Shown: positions 48,601-59,902, counted from the first letter of the stretch. The stretch: 64,000 nucleotides of DNA from Spirochaetota bacterium (GCA_963663865.1 OY760686.1:2848001-2912000), one strand, 5' to 3'. A program made the numbers and translations. Notes: a model not told the origin generated them from the sequence alone.

Positions 48601-49069
48601 AATTGCACCCGACACCGCCAGGGCTTTTCGCTCAAGCGGTGTCGGAATCTTGCAAAGCCTGCCCCGAAAATGGAATAATAAAATCTTGATTCCCTATCCC
48701 ATGCAATACTGTCATAACCGCTGAATTGAAGAAAATCATGAAATTATACGAGAAATGCAAAATTTGATTAAATATAGCATTATAAAAATATATCTATTCT
48801 TTAATATACAATTATTGACAAATGCCCATTGTCCAACAATTCGTCAGCTTAAAGTTAAACTCTCTTCAAAAAACGTTTCTGATAAATTTTTTTCACTGAC
48901 CTTTACTATTTAATTATGTTTTGTCCTTTACGTAATATATAAATCATCAGACATAAAGGTAAATACACGAGGTTTTTTATTTGTAGAATGGGAGAACCTC
49001 TTATAAAATTACTTTACACTGCCGGGCATATTTTTATACCTGAGCCATAAAACGTTTACCGGATGGATC

Positions 49070-50530
49070 ATGAAAACCTTTAACATATTCAGAAAAAAGA
49101 AGAAAAACTATGATGGAAAGCCGCGGGAGGAATGCGGAGTTTTTGGAATCTACGGCAATCCGAGGGCTGCCAATCTGGCATATCTCGGGTTATACTCCCT
49201 TCAGCACCGGGGTCAGGAATCCGCAGGCATAGCCTCCAGCGACAGGGATCACATTTACCGTTATGCCGGAATGGGCAAGGTAATAGACATTTTTCAGCAG
49301 CAGCACATTGACAATCTTCACGGTGATATAGCTATAGGACACAACCGGTACTCAACCACCGGCTCATCGTTCCTCAGAAACGCACAACCGTTCCGTGCTG
49401 AATCAAACCTTGGTCCCATAGTGCTTGCTCACAACGGGAACCTTTCGAATGCGGGCACACTCAGAGCACATCTTGAAAAGCAGGGTCATATTTTCCAGAC
49501 CACCATAGACTCAGAGGTAATCGTGCATCTGATGGCGAAATCCGGCGAGACGGATTTTCTTGCCGCAATGATTCACGCGCTCAAACAGGTAAGGGGAGCT
49601 TACTCCCTGTTGATAATGAACAAAGAAAAAATCTACGCGGTCCGGGACCCGCACGGGTTTCGCCCGCTGGTACTCGGCAAACTCGACGACGCATGGGTTG
49701 TCGCTTCCGAGACATGTTCTTTTGATATTATAGACGCCGACTACGAACGTGAGGTTCAGCCCGGTGAGCTTATTGAGATATCAAAATTTGGAGCAAAATC
49801 ATACTTCCCGTTTGAAAAGAAAAAAGAATCTCTGTGTATTTTTGAATACATATACTTCTCGAGACCAGACAGCATCATATTCGGCGAGTCGGTACACGAA
49901 ATGCGCATCAATCTCGGCCGAATGCTGGCTAAGACCTCTCCTGTAGAAGCTGATATTGTCGTTCCGATACCTGACTCTTCCGTATCAGCCGCAATCGGGT
50001 ACTCGAGAGAATCAGGCATCCCCTACGACCTGGCTATGATAAGAAGCCACTATATCGGCCGTACATTCATTGAGCCCTCCCAGCGCATACGCGACTTCGG
50101 CGTGAAGATCAAGTTCAACGTTGTCAAATCCGCCATCAAAGGCAAACGCGTCGTTGTAGTGGATGACTCAATAATGCGCGGTACAACGATGAGAAAAATC
50201 ATCAAGATGTTCAGGAATGCCGGAGCGAAAGAGGTCCATGTGAGGATATCTTCCCCTCCTACCTTATTTCCCTGCTTCTACGGAATAGACATACCTACTC
50301 ATAAGGAATTGATTGCCGCGACTCACACCATTGAGGAAATCAGAAAGTATCTTCGCGTAGATTCAATTGAGTACATGACTGTTGACACCATGCTCAGTGC
50401 CATCAACCGGCCCAACATGAACTTCTGCAACGCTTGTTTTAACGGCGACTACCCGTCTCCTCTGGAAGAACACACCGATGACAATCAAAAATACCTTTTT
50501 GAGGATTCAAGCTGCAGCGAATACTACTGA
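49070..50530 (+). CDS. purF: Amidophosphoribosyltransferase
   Basis: EECGVFG, LQHRGQESAG, GHNRYSTTG, CIFEYIYFSRPDS, VVVDDSIMRGTT, PCFYGID. Confidence 0.97.
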   Translation: MKTFNIFRKKKKNYDGKPREECGVFGIYGNPRAANLAYLGLYSLQHRGQESAGIASSDRDHIYRYAGMGKVIDIFQQQHIDNLHGDIAIGHNRYSTTGSSFLRNAQPFRAESNLGPIVLAHNGNLSNAGTLRAHLEKQGHIFQTTIDSEVIVHLMAKSGETDFLAAMIHALKQVRGAYSLLIMNKEKIYAVRDPHGFRPLVLGKLDDAWVVASETCSFDIIDADYEREVQPGELIEISKFGAKSYFPFEKKKESLCIFEYIYFSRPDSIIFGESVHEMRINLGRMLAKTSPVEADIVVPIPDSSVSAAIGYSRESGIPYDLAMIRSHYIGRTFIEPSQRIRDFGVKIKFNVVKSAIKGKRVVVVDDSIMRGTTMRKIIKMFRNAGAKEVHVRISSPPTLFPCFYGIDIPTHKELIAATHTIEEIRKYLRVDSIEYMTVDTMLSAINRPNMNFCNACFNGDYPSPLEEHTDDNQKYLFEDSSCSEYY

Positions 50531-50703
50531 CAAATCCATCCCTGATAAATCTGGCGGCCCCGCTTTAAGGGCCGCCGCATTAATTACCGCTTATTCTGAT
50601 TCAACAATCACCAAAAAATCTGGAAAAAAATATGAAACCGTCCTTCACGAAAATACTTGACGTATACCGCCGGCTGTTGTCGTATGTAAAAGTATTAAAA
50701 CAC

Positions 50704-50776
50704 AGGCTACTAGCTCAATTGGTAGAGCACCGGTCTCCAAAACCGGGGGTTGGGGGTTCAAGTCCCTCGTGGCCTG
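50704..50776 (+). tRNA. tRNA-Trp (CCA)
   Basis: Acceptor stem AGGCTAC/GTGGCCT; anticodon arm CCGGT-CT CCA AA-ACCGG; GGTTCAAGT T-loop. Confidence 0.96.
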
Positions 50777-50788
50777 CATCTCTTTCTT

Positions 50789-51742
50789 TCAGTAATACTC
50801 CTTCACAAGCGGCATATCAATATACTTCATCCTTTCCGAGCCGTCATCTGTTTCGATCCTTGTGACAATTGTATGCACTGGCGTCAGAATTTTACACCCA
50901 TCTGCTTCGACAGGGTACCATGCTCTTTCAAGCCCGGCAATACGGATCCTGTTGACTTGCCTGACCTCCTCTAATTTACGCATATTCCTGACCTGTTTCA
51001 GAGCTGAAACTGCCTTCTTCAAAGGTTCACTCTGCGCGACCTGCTTCCTTGGCGTCTTAATCTTCTGGAATTCAGGCCATTTAATCTCAATCGATTCGAT
51101 CTCCCCGCCAGCCTTGAATGTAAACTCGGCGTACGACACACTGCTTCTAACCGCTCCCCCTTCAAACACCCTTCGGAAAGTCAGCGTCACCGAGTCAACA
51201 CGTTCACTTCCCTCGGGCTCTCCGCTGGAATCACAGCGCTGTTCATAATCAATTGAATAGCACGAGTATTCCACATTCCCCGGGCAGAGTCCAGTAAGCG
51301 CGATAATATCTGATGCTTTATCCACATACTCAGAAAGCCTTAAATCGTCTGCATTCTGCACGGCCTTCACGGGAGCGCTGTTTGCTCTTGTTAGTCTTAT
51401 AAGACTTTTTTTCGGGAATTGTTTAACTGACATCTGCGTGATATCCTCTCTCCCTGACCTCAGAATGTTCTCCTCTATCTCTAATATCCCCGCAGAGCTC
51501 TCAACAATCTCGTATTCCCCCTGCTCTCCCCTGCTCCATCCGGTAGAAAAACCTGTTCCTGCTTTAACAGCCGACTTCTTCAACTCAGCGTTTGACCTGT
51601 GCGTAACGGCCTTCCCTGTTTCCAGAAGAGCCGCATAGCTCTCAACACTGCTGTCGATTACAACCTCAGTTTCATCCTCTCCGCCGCAGCTGAGAATGAA
51701 AAGTAAAAGCATACTTGTTAGAATAAAAGCTAACCGTTTCAT
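50789..51742 (-). CDS. Hypothetical lipoprotein
   Basis: GGAGG RBS; MKR..ILSC lipobox; 13 bp downstream of the next gene on the same strand. Confidence 0.7.
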   Translation of the reverse strand: MKRLAFILTSMLLLFILSCGGEDETEVVIDSSVESYAALLETGKAVTHRSNAELKKSAVKAGTGFSTGWSRGEQGEYEIVESSAGILEIEENILRSGREDITQMSVKQFPKKSLIRLTRANSAPVKAVQNADDLRLSEYVDKASDIIALTGLCPGNVEYSCYSIDYEQRCDSSGEPEGSERVDSVTLTFRRVFEGGAVRSSVSYAEFTFKAGGEIESIEIKWPEFQKIKTPRKQVAQSEPLKKAVSALKQVRNMRKLEEVRQVNRIRIAGLERAWYPVEADGCKILTPVHTIVTRIETDDGSERMKYIDMPLVKEYY

Positions 51743-51755
51743 AAATTACCCTCCA

Positions 51756-52568
51756 TCAATATTCAGGATTGCCCCATACAGTGCGTGTTTTCCAGAAACC
51801 GTCAGACGCTTCTGAAATGGTCAAAGGCTGATTATAAACATTTGAGATAACCTCCCTGTGACCATAGAGGTACTGACCATCTACAGCCCCCCTCAGGTGA
51901 AAAGATGCAATTTCGACATCATGGTCTCCATCATCCACAATCTTTTCTTTCACAGATGTCCTGAAGGCAGTATACATGTCGCTGCCGTCAGTCCAGCGGT
52001 CGGAAAAATCAGACCACTGGTACTCGGATTTAACTGTTTTGAAGAAGGGCCAGCTTGAGATCGCAATGACCTTGCTGAACTCATAGGACAATGAAACAAA
52101 TCCAAAAATTGAATGCACACCGTTAAAGCGCTGCCGCATTGATGCATAAGTGGTATTCAGAGTCAGACAGCAGTCGAAAAAGACCCACCTCGTGGCGCCT
52201 CCAAAGGCCTTGTTATAAGAATATAGCGTGCTGTCATAAAGCCTCGGCCCATAGGTGTTTCCATGACCCGAGAAAAAAACAAAGTGATAGCTGTCAGAGT
52301 ATGTTGTCACATAGCTCTTCAATGCCTGAGAATCCTTGACATTGTTTCTGAAGGTAGTAATCGAGTATCCGTTAGATGATATACCCGACACAAGATAGTT
52401 GTAAAAATAATCCCCATGCTGATGACATCTATCAAGATCCATATCGGAGCCTGAATAGTCCTCAATTGTCACCGTCATGGAATATAGCCAGGGAGGAACT
52501 CCCCAGTCAGAGGCATACAGTGATCCCGACAGCAGAAAAGAGAAAAAAACAAGTAGAAACCGCTTCAT
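51756..52568 (-). CDS. Secreted DUF6345-like protein (possible His/Cys clan-CD-type peptidase fold)
   Basis: GGAGG before ATG at 52568; signal peptide; FVFFSGHG..FGGATRWVFFDCCLTL..FNGVHSIFGF. Confidence 0.6.
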   Translation of the reverse strand: MKRFLLVFFSFLLSGSLYASDWGVPPWLYSMTVTIEDYSGSDMDLDRCHQHGDYFYNYLVSGISSNGYSITTFRNNVKDSQALKSYVTTYSDSYHFVFFSGHGNTYGPRLYDSTLYSYNKAFGGATRWVFFDCCLTLNTTYASMRQRFNGVHSIFGFVSLSYEFSKVIAISSWPFFKTVKSEYQWSDFSDRWTDGSDMYTAFRTSVKEKIVDDGDHDVEIASFHLRGAVDGQYLYGHREVISNVYNQPLTISEASDGFWKTRTVWGNPEY

Positions 52569-52746
52569 GATATAACCTCCGGAGTAGAAAATAAGCGAAG
52601 CCGCTCGGAGCGCTTCATGTGAAGTTAACACTATTTCAGGAAATTTCGAGATTTTATGAAAAAATAATAATTTTTTTTCAACCGCACTCCTGCTTGACAT
52701 AGCCATGGGGCTGAAAAAAAATCACTCAAAACATGAGAGAGACAAA

Positions 52747-53415
52747 ATGAAAGGCCGAAAACTATATAAATACAGCTGTGTTTCAGAGTTCCCGAATGTT
52801 CTTGAGCCAGGTTTTAAATGGGGGGGGGATAATACCGGTTGCCCGGTCTATGACCCCTCGGTTTTCCCGACGGTGGGCCCACTGATCATTGAGATCGGAT
52901 GCGGCAAGGGAGATTACAGCCTGGCTCTCGCGAGGAGAAATCCTGAGAAAAACTACATGGGAATAGACATAAAGGGAGCAAGAATCTATCACGGCGCGCT
53001 GGAGGCCCTTGAGGAAGGCATATCAAACCTTTCATTCCTGCGGACGCAGATTGAGTATCTTGACCTGTTTTTTCCGCAAGATTCCGTTTCAGAAATCTGG
53101 ATAACATTTCCGGACCCCCATCTCAAAAAGGAAAACAGCGCTTACCGTAAAAGGCTGACTGCTCCCCGCTTTCTCTCTCTGTATAAAAAATTCCTCAAAC
53201 CCGGTTCGTTCATTCATCTTAAAACCGACAGCCAAACGATGTTCAGCTATACTGCTGATACAGTGAATTCAGAAGGCTTTAACATTGTTGACAGCACCGA
53301 AGACCTCTACTCAACACATGGAGAGTGCGAGGCCACCTCCATTCAGACAAACTACGAGAAGAAGTATTTAGCGCTTGGGATACCAATCAAATATCTGAAG
53401 CTGAAAATGTCATGA
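52747..53415 (+). CDS. trmB: tRNA (guanine-N7)-methyltransferase
   Basis: EIGCGKG, GIDIKGAR, WITFPDP, HLKTDS, IQTNYE. Confidence 0.94.
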   Translation: MKGRKLYKYSCVSEFPNVLEPGFKWGGDNTGCPVYDPSVFPTVGPLIIEIGCGKGDYSLALARRNPEKNYMGIDIKGARIYHGALEALEEGISNLSFLRTQIEYLDLFFPQDSVSEIWITFPDPHLKKENSAYRKRLTAPRFLSLYKKFLKPGSFIHLKTDSQTMFSYTADTVNSEGFNIVDSTEDLYSTHGECEATSIQTNYEKKYLALGIPIKYLKLKMS

Positions 53416-53422
53416 GACTTTA

Positions 53423-54433
53423 TTAACGGTAGCCGTCAGGGTTTTCTTTCTGCCAATTCCAGCTGTCTCGGCACATGTCTTCAATCCCGTACTCAGCCTG
53501 CCAGCCAAGAACATCGCGGGCCTTCGTCGGATCCGCGTAGCATGAATCAATATCCCCTGGACGCCGCTCAGCGATACGAAAAGGCACTCTCACTCCGTTT
53601 GCCTTTTCGAAGGCCTTCACAACATCGAGGACGCTGTATCCTTTCCCGGTACCGAGATTGTAAATTTCCGTGCCTTCGGCGTTTGCCATGCGTTCAAGCG
53701 CGGCCAAATGTCCCCTGGCAAGATCAACTACGTGAATGTAGTCCCTGACCCCCGTGCCGTCATGCGTGTTATAATCGCTGCCGAAAACAGATAGCTCCTT
53801 AAGCCTGCCGGAAGCAACCTGGGTTATGTAGGGCATCAGGTTGTTGGGTATGCCGTTCGGGTCTTCTCCGATAAGTCCGCTTTTATGTGCTCCTATGGGA
53901 TTGAAGTATCTCAAAAGCACTGCCTTCCATTCACTGTCCGCAGCGCAGATGTCCCTCAGTATATCCTCAATCATAAGTTTTGTCATGCCGTACGGATTGG
54001 TCGCTGACCGCGGAAATTCCTCGGTTACAGGCACTGATTCCGGGTTGCCGTAAACTGTCGCTGAAGAGCTGAACACAATCTTTTTTACACCGTTGCGCCT
54101 CATCACATCACAAAGCGTCAAAGTGCCTGCAACATTGTTAGAGTAATATTCAAGAGGCTTTTGTACCGACTCGCCGACTGCCTTCAGTCCCGCAAAGTGA
54201 ATTACGGCATCAATAGCGTTTTCTTTAAAAACGCCCTCCAGAGCTTTCTCATCCCGAATGTCCGACCTGTAAAAAGAAACGCTTCTTCCTGCAATCTTTT
54301 CAACCCGGCGAAGCGATTCTTCGCTGCTGTTGGAAAGGTTATCAACAACGGCTACATCATGCCCTGCCTCAAGAAGTTCAAGGCAGGTGTGGCTCCCTAT
54401 AAATCCGGCTCCGCCGGTAACAAGTATTTTCAT
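53423..54433 (-). CDS. galE: UDP-glucose 4-epimerase
   Basis: [58 protein letters not shown]. Confidence 0.97.
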   Translation of the reverse strand: MKILVTGGAGFIGSHTCLELLEAGHDVAVVDNLSNSSEESLRRVEKIAGRSVSFYRSDIRDEKALEGVFKENAIDAVIHFAGLKAVGESVQKPLEYYSNNVAGTLTLCDVMRRNGVKKIVFSSSATVYGNPESVPVTEEFPRSATNPYGMTKLMIEDILRDICAADSEWKAVLLRYFNPIGAHKSGLIGEDPNGIPNNLMPYITQVASGRLKELSVFGSDYNTHDGTGVRDYIHVVDLARGHLAALERMANAEGTEIYNLGTGKGYSVLDVVKAFEKANGVRVPFRIAERRPGDIDSCYADPTKARDVLGWQAEYGIEDMCRDSWNWQKENPDGYR

Positions 54434-54844
54434 CATTATCCTCATATCCTTTTTTAAGTCGATTTCTTCAAAAAGCTTTATCAAACACCATTGTCCTCAT
54501 CTGAGCACTAACAGTTCTTTGCAGATGAAGAAGACGATCAAAGATTATTTCACATAGATTAAAATCACACAACTCCAGAAAGCGATCATTATAAATCAGA
54601 GTCAACTATCATTTAATCCCTATCAAATCGCGGACGTTTAATTATTTAGCACTCACATCTAAATATATTGTTGACTGTATTATCTATTTCGTGATATAAA
54701 CAGTTGTATATTTCTTTATGAAAGTATTTATTTTGTCATTCACATATTGTCAAAATTAAGTGTACCAGTTACAAATCAAATACCGTCACTGATACCTGCG
54801 GCTATTGGCGCTTCAGTGTGTAACTTATTCAGCGGGAGCATCCA

Positions 54845-55480
54845 TTGGAATTCAGAAGACTCCTCTCCCTCTGTGCCATAGTCGGCCTAATCGCTCTGCC
54901 GGGCTGCACAAGCTACGGAACCAGAGGCTATTCCCCGGTGCCGGAACTTCCGGACGCTCCAGACGGTAACGTCAAGAAATCGCTCTGCGTTCAGATTAAA
55001 CTCATGAGCAACGGAGTGATGGAAAGCCCCCTTAAATATGAATCCATTTCTCTTTTGACAAACAGCCTGTCTAAAGAGCTTGCAAGCACAGACAGATTTT
55101 CCCAGGTAACCGTCGCTCTCGACAGCTACCCGGAACCATGGAGCTCCAGGCCCGAAGCCGACCTGTACATGTTTTTTACTCTCGACATCGTTTCGTTAAA
55201 TGGATTCGGACAAACATGTTTCAGCTGCCTGACTATTCTCTCTCTGGGCTTCATACCTTCGAAATCTTCAGATCTTTATAAATGGCGCGCAGAGATAACA
55301 GACCACTACGGCAACCATCTTGCATCTTTTGCATCTGAGACCATAGTTACAGTATGGTACGGCAACTGCCTCCTTCCGCTTCAGCTTATTCTTGAATCCG
55401 GCAAAGAATCACGGTTTGAGACTTTGAAGCGCATTTCACGGTATACGGCTGTCAAGGCGGTCACAGTCAATGCGCTTTAG
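54845..55480 (+). CDS. Hypothetical lipoprotein
   Basis: TTG start after GGGAG; lipobox LPGC; internal LTILSLGFIP segment. Confidence 0.6.
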   Translation: MEFRRLLSLCAIVGLIALPGCTSYGTRGYSPVPELPDAPDGNVKKSLCVQIKLMSNGVMESPLKYESISLLTNSLSKELASTDRFSQVTVALDSYPEPWSSRPEADLYMFFTLDIVSLNGFGQTCFSCLTILSLGFIPSKSSDLYKWRAEITDHYGNHLASFASETIVTVWYGNCLLPLQLILESGKESRFETLKRISRYTAVKAVTVNAL

Positions 55481-56264
55481 GCCCGGGTTTTCACTATTAT
55501 CCATCATTTTGTTTATGACCTCTTTTTATCCTGTCAGGGCATCAGGAGACGAGGTCCATCTTAAAAGCGGAGTCATTCTGAGGGGAAAGGTTACCAGAGA
55601 AACATTCAGAACGGTTTTTATCGACCCTTACAATCCAAGAAAACATACTTTTTTTACTCCGGGAAAAGTTGTAATTCCCCTTGAGGATATAAAAAGCATC
55701 CATTACTCAAAAACCGGAGTGACGAAAGAATATAACGAAACTTATAAACCTTACTGGAAATTTACCGCCGATTCAGGAGTCCTTTTTCAGACCATTCTCA
55801 ACAACAAAATGGGCATCTTCTATTCCATAGAAGTTGGATTTGGAATTACGCCTTTTCGATGGCTTACACTGCAAAGCTTTATTACTATTGCTACAACATC
55901 TTCCGGAAAAACACTCTACACAGTAGATGATCATGATAATACGGTCAAATCACACAGAGTAGAGCTCGATATGGGAACCATTGAATCCTGTTTTTCACTT
56001 ATCAGGGGCGATACATGGAAACTTGAAGCAGGTTTTGGGTTTGGTTTCGCGGCTCTTGATTTTATGACAAAAAACAATGTGGAAGGAAATACTCTGTTTT
56101 CCTCTAACTACGCTGCCGGAATATACTTTGTGAAGAAGATCGAATTACTTTCATCTTTCTGTGTAAAAGCCAAATATCACGTTGTCGATTTCGACAACAG
56201 CGGAGGAAGCGACATTTCAGGAAACTTCCTCGGGCTCTACGTTGGCCTCGTTTTCAACTTCTGA
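55470..56264 (+). CDS. Exported protein with C-terminal outer-membrane beta-barrel
   Basis: Signal peptide; DEVHLKSGVILRGKV N-domain; ends GLYVGLVFNF (terminal Phe). Confidence 0.65.
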   Translation: MRFRPGFSLLSIILFMTSFYPVRASGDEVHLKSGVILRGKVTRETFRTVFIDPYNPRKHTFFTPGKVVIPLEDIKSIHYSKTGVTKEYNETYKPYWKFTADSGVLFQTILNNKMGIFYSIEVGFGITPFRWLTLQSFITIATTSSGKTLYTVDDHDNTVKSHRVELDMGTIESCFSLIRGDTWKLEAGFGFGFAALDFMTKNNVEGNTLFSSNYAAGIYFVKKIELLSSFCVKAKYHVVDFDNSGGSDISGNFLGLYVGLVFNF

Positions 56265-58151
56265 TTCAGCGCCTTCAATTATCTTAAGCATTTTTTCAAG
56301 GGTCTTTCGGTTGAACAGACTGCCTTCGTACAGGCCCTTATAAAGATACTCCGACCTCTTAGCCACCATAACGTCCTCCGAAAGGCCGGAGCCTTCCCCG
56401 CCGATATCATAGCCTTCTTTAATTGTGTGAATAACCTTCTGGCTTGTGAGGCTGATCATATCCTTAATATTCTTTTTTGATGATATTATCCTGTCGCATT
56501 CAGCAAGCCTGCCGAGAGCGTAGTCCACCTTGGCGCCGTCGCGCTTTGAGGCGGCTAACAGAGCGGCAAGCCTGCCCGCGCTTTCCACAGCCCGTGAAAG
56601 CGCGGGCAGGAGTCCCTGCAGATCGGAAAGCATCGCCTTTATCTTGACTGCAATCTGCCTTCCGGGGCTGTATCCTTCCCTTCGCCTTTGAAGAGAAGCA
56701 GTATATATTTCATCAATTCTCTCAGCTATGCAGCAGCCCGGTTCAGGAAATCTCAATGATCTCTGTCCGCGATGTTCAACTCCTGGAATAAGCGCCCCGC
56801 TGACCGTCGCATTTATGAGCGAAGCATCCTGTCTTTTAGCGAACCAGCTGCGGAATATCATCATCTTGTGGTTCGTGCGGACCCTGCCGCCCCCTATTGC
56901 CTCTACGTAAACAGCGGGAAGCGCCCTCTGCTGAAAGCGGTTATGGCAGTGCGCGTTCCAGGTCCGGTTAGTCCTCAGGTAAACCTGTTCATCGAGATAT
57001 GATCCACGGGCATGAGCCAGACCGTCAGAGAACGACAGATCCTGCCCGACCATGACAACGGGAGAACAGCCCAGCCTTCTCGCGAAGTCATATGCGTTTG
57101 TAGAGACTGAGCCGCCGTTCGTTATTTCGCCGTGCTCACCGGCCTCGGACTCAATCCATTTCAGCAGGTTGAACGCGATCCCCGTTGTCACGTAACGCCC
57201 GCCAAAGAGCCTGAACACGGACGGATGCACCGTAGGATCAGCGACCAGCACTGTCGATTCAGGACAGCTCCCTTCAAAGTACCGGGCGTTGACAGGCTGA
57301 GGGTCGACCGCTACAGTGAAATCGGGGGTTATGCCGTTTTTCTTAAGCACTCCGTAAGCTGTGTCGACCGCGACAATAAGCGCCCTGCCGCGGATTGAGC
57401 GGATGAACTCAATGCTCCGATTAAGAGAAGGGCCGGCCGCGACAACAACCGCGCCGACTCCTTCGAACCTGCCGTAAAAGTCCGAGGCCCCTGGCGAACC
57501 AATAAACCTATTTATATTTCGGGCAATGTTGGAACTCCATATCTTTTCAAAGCGTGCCAGAGTCGCGATGTTTACTGTCTTTGACGACAGCTGTGCCCTG
57601 CAGGTTTCGAGCATCGTACTATAATAATCGGGAAACAGCTGATGCGACCCACGATGCGTGAGAAAAGAAACGCTGGCTGATGAGCGGTCCCTCAATGCAT
57701 CAAGTATCTCCTCGTCGGACGGGGCGATCATAAGATTTACCCTTCTGTCCCCGAACAAAGCTCCGAGCTGCCGCCTTTTCAGGGCCTCCGCTGCAATAAG
57801 AGGGCTTTTTTCAATGATGATGATTGATGAATCAGCGGAAACCCTGCGGGCAAGCTCTTCCACATGATAGGCAAAGCCGAGCCCCAGCACAATAAACAGG
57901 TCGTGACTGTCCGCTCCGACTCCTTCAATAAATCGCGCCGCCTCCTTGACCGGATCGAAGCGGCTGTGCAGCATAAGCTTCCTTCCCTCAAAATGGACAG
58001 CCGGAACAGGGTTACCCGCGCTGTTCTCGATCACCTCAAGTTCCATGCCTTCTCCGCCGAGAGCTGCCCTTTCATTGAGCGACTTTATAAGTTCTTCGTA
58101 TGATTTATCCAATATCTTCCCCGCTAATGTTCCGGACTGACGGCCCTGCAT
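56217..58151 (-). CDS. Motility-associated factor (Maf/DUF115) glycosyltransferase-family protein
   Basis: LHSRFDPVKEA, LGLGFAYH, AAGPSL, PDFTVAVDP, GGSVSTNA, VGQDLSF, INAT. Start codon uncertain. Confidence 0.85.
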   Translation of the reverse strand: MQGRQSGTLAGKILDKSYEELIKSLNERAALGGEGMELEVIENSAGNPVPAVHFEGRKLMLHSRFDPVKEAARFIEGVGADSHDLFIVLGLGFAYHVEELARRVSADSSIIIIEKSPLIAAEALKRRQLGALFGDRRVNLMIAPSDEEILDALRDRSSASVSFLTHRGSHQLFPDYYSTMLETCRAQLSSKTVNIATLARFEKIWSSNIARNINRFIGSPGASDFYGRFEGVGAVVVAAGPSLNRSIEFIRSIRGRALIVAVDTAYGVLKKNGITPDFTVAVDPQPVNARYFEGSCPESTVLVADPTVHPSVFRLFGGRYVTTGIAFNLLKWIESEAGEHGEITNGGSVSTNAYDFARRLGCSPVVMVGQDLSFSDGLAHARGSYLDEQVYLRTNRTWNAHCHNRFQQRALPAVYVEAIGGGRVRTNHKMMIFRSWFAKRQDASLINATVSGALIPGVEHRGQRSLRFPEPGCCIAERIDEIYTASLQRRREGYSPGRQIAVKIKAMLSDLQGLLPALSRAVESAGRLAALLAASKRDGAKVDYALGRLAECDRIISSKKNIKDMISLTSQKVIHTIKEGYDIGGEGSGLSEDVMVAKRSEYLYKGLYEGSLFNRKTLEKMLKIIEGAESEVENEANVEPEEVS

Positions 58152-58216
58152 TAATTATCGAATTACAGCCGGGTATGGTAAAAGTATTTTCTTTTTTGGC
58201 GGGGGGATAATGACCT

Positions 58217-59902
58217 TCAGCGGCTCCCTGTTTTCCCCTCCGCATCGGACTTCCCGCTTCCGAGGTTTCTGAGCTTTCCAGGCTTTTCGTAACGGCCTCC
58301 AAGCCCCATTAGCGGAAGTACCCTGTCGGCAATCGCGGCAAACACAGGGGCCGCAACCTCTCCTCCGCTGCGGTTCACTCCCGGATCATCAAGCACTACC
58401 AGTATGCACAGAGCCGGGTTCTCGTAAGGGACTATTCCCGCGAATGAAGATACGTATTTGCTGGAATATATTCCCTCCTTTCTCGAAAACTTTTTGGAAG
58501 TACCCGTTTTCCCGGCCGCGCTGTAAAACTCCGGCGCTCCGCCTCTCCCTGTTCCCTCACGCACTACATTTCTCATGAGACTCATCATCAGCGAGGCTGT
58601 CTTTTCTGAAAGAACTTTGCCTTTACTTCTGGGGTAGAAACCTCTCTTCCAGCTTCCATCCCTGGATATGATGGACTCAACTATCATCGGACTCATGTAA
58701 ACACCTCCGTTAGCGACCGAAGCAAAGGCCGAGGTAAGCTGTATGGAGTTTACTGACATCTCATATCCAATTGAAATAGAGAACTTAGAAAGTCCAGACC
58801 AGCGTCCCTCCTCTCGCAAAATCCCCGAGCTCTCTCCGGGCAGCTCAACTCCGGTCTGTTCACCGAATCCAAAACGCTTGAGACCCTCGTAAAGGGTCTT
58901 CTGCTTTACCCTCTTCATCAGCTCAATAACACCTGAATTGCACGAGTGGGTCACAATGCCTTCAAGACCGAGTTCACCATGAGGTTTTGTGCAGCTGATT
59001 ATTACGTCAGCTATCTCGCTTTCGCCTTTACAGTTTATCCTGATATCCCGCAGCGAAGGATTTGCCTCAAGCGCCGATGCCAGTGCGAATATCTTCATCG
59101 TTGAACCCGGCTCAAATGTATCGGTAAAGCTGAAATGCCTGAAGTTTTCCCTGCTGAATCTGTAATAGTAATTCGGGTCGAAACCGGGCGACTTGGCAAA
59201 TGCAAGAATTCTGCCCGTTTTGACTTCCATGACAACCGCCGCACCGCTTCCGGCTCCGTATCGGGCAACGGCCCTGTCAAGCTCCTTCTCAGCCGAATAC
59301 TGAATGAATCGGTCAATAGTAAGCTGCAGGGTCTTCCCGTACACCATCACATCATTAGCATCAGAGCCAAGCCTTTCCTCCTCGCCGCAAAGCGACGACT
59401 CAAAATGATACTCAAGTCCTTCCATTCCGCTATTTTCAGCATTCACAAAGCCCAGGATGTTTGATGCGAGTCTGCCTTCAGGATAGACCCTCTTATACTC
59501 TTTTCTGAAACCAAGCCCCCTGATTCCGAGCTTCCTTACAGCTTCCGCCGTCTCCGGGTTCAGCTTTCGCTGAATCCACACAAAGCTCTTATCTTTCACG
59601 AGTCTTGCTTTTATCCAGGACGGGTTGAGTCCGAGCACGGCCGCCAGCCTCAATGCCGTTGAATCTGGATCATCGACAAGCCCCGGGTCAGCGAACAGTG
59701 ATTCGGTTTCTATACTCATCGCGAGTATACGGCCATTTCTGTCAGTAATGTTTCCTCTGACCTTGACAGCCTTTCTGTCATCGGGAAGTATTATGCGGGT
59801 GGAAAAGTGAAGTTCGAAGAGCCGGACAACGAGAAGCACTGTCAGCACAACAACAAGCGCCGCCGCCATTACTATTCTTCGTCTGATAGAACCGTCATTC
59901 AT
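58217..59902 (-). CDS. ftsI: Class B penicillin-binding protein (FtsI-like)
   Basis: RGNITDRNG, EYKRVYP, FEPGSTMK (SxxK), SCN (SxN), AGKTGT (KTG). Confidence 0.85.
   Translation of the reverse strand: MNDGSIRRRIVMAAALVVVLTVLLVVRLFELHFSTRIILPDDRKAVKVRGNITDRNGRILAMSIETESLFADPGLVDDPDSTALRLAAVLGLNPSWIKARLVKDKSFVWIQRKLNPETAEAVRKLGIRGLGFRKEYKRVYPEGRLASNILGFVNAENSGMEGLEYHFESSLCGEEERLGSDANDVMVYGKTLQLTIDRFIQYSAEKELDRAVARYGAGSGAAVVMEVKTGRILAFAKSPGFDPNYYYRFSRENFRHFSFTDTFEPGSTMKIFALASALEANPSLRDIRINCKGESEIADVIISCTKPHGELGLEGIVTHSCNSGVIELMKRVKQKTLYEGLKRFGFGEQTGVELPGESSGILREEGRWSGLSKFSISIGYEMSVNSIQLTSAFASVANGGVYMSPMIVESIISRDGSWKRGFYPRSKGKVLSEKTASLMMSLMRNVVREGTGRGGAPEFYSAAGKTGTSKKFSRKEGIYSSKYVSSFAGIVPYENPALCILVVLDDPGVNRSGGEVAAPVFAAIADRVLPLMGLGGRYEKPGKLRNLGSGKSDAEGKTGSR

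Noticed and set aside
48601-49069. Long AT-rich region upstream of purF as a possible purine, ZTP or PRPP riboswitch
   Set aside because: No recognisable aptamer consensus by eye, only a hairpin after gpmI and promoter-like AT tracts. An Rfam scan would settle it.
56217-56264. 48-bp convergent overlap between the barrel gene and maf
   Set aside because: Most simply a non-conserved C-terminal run-on of maf; nothing suggests a function.
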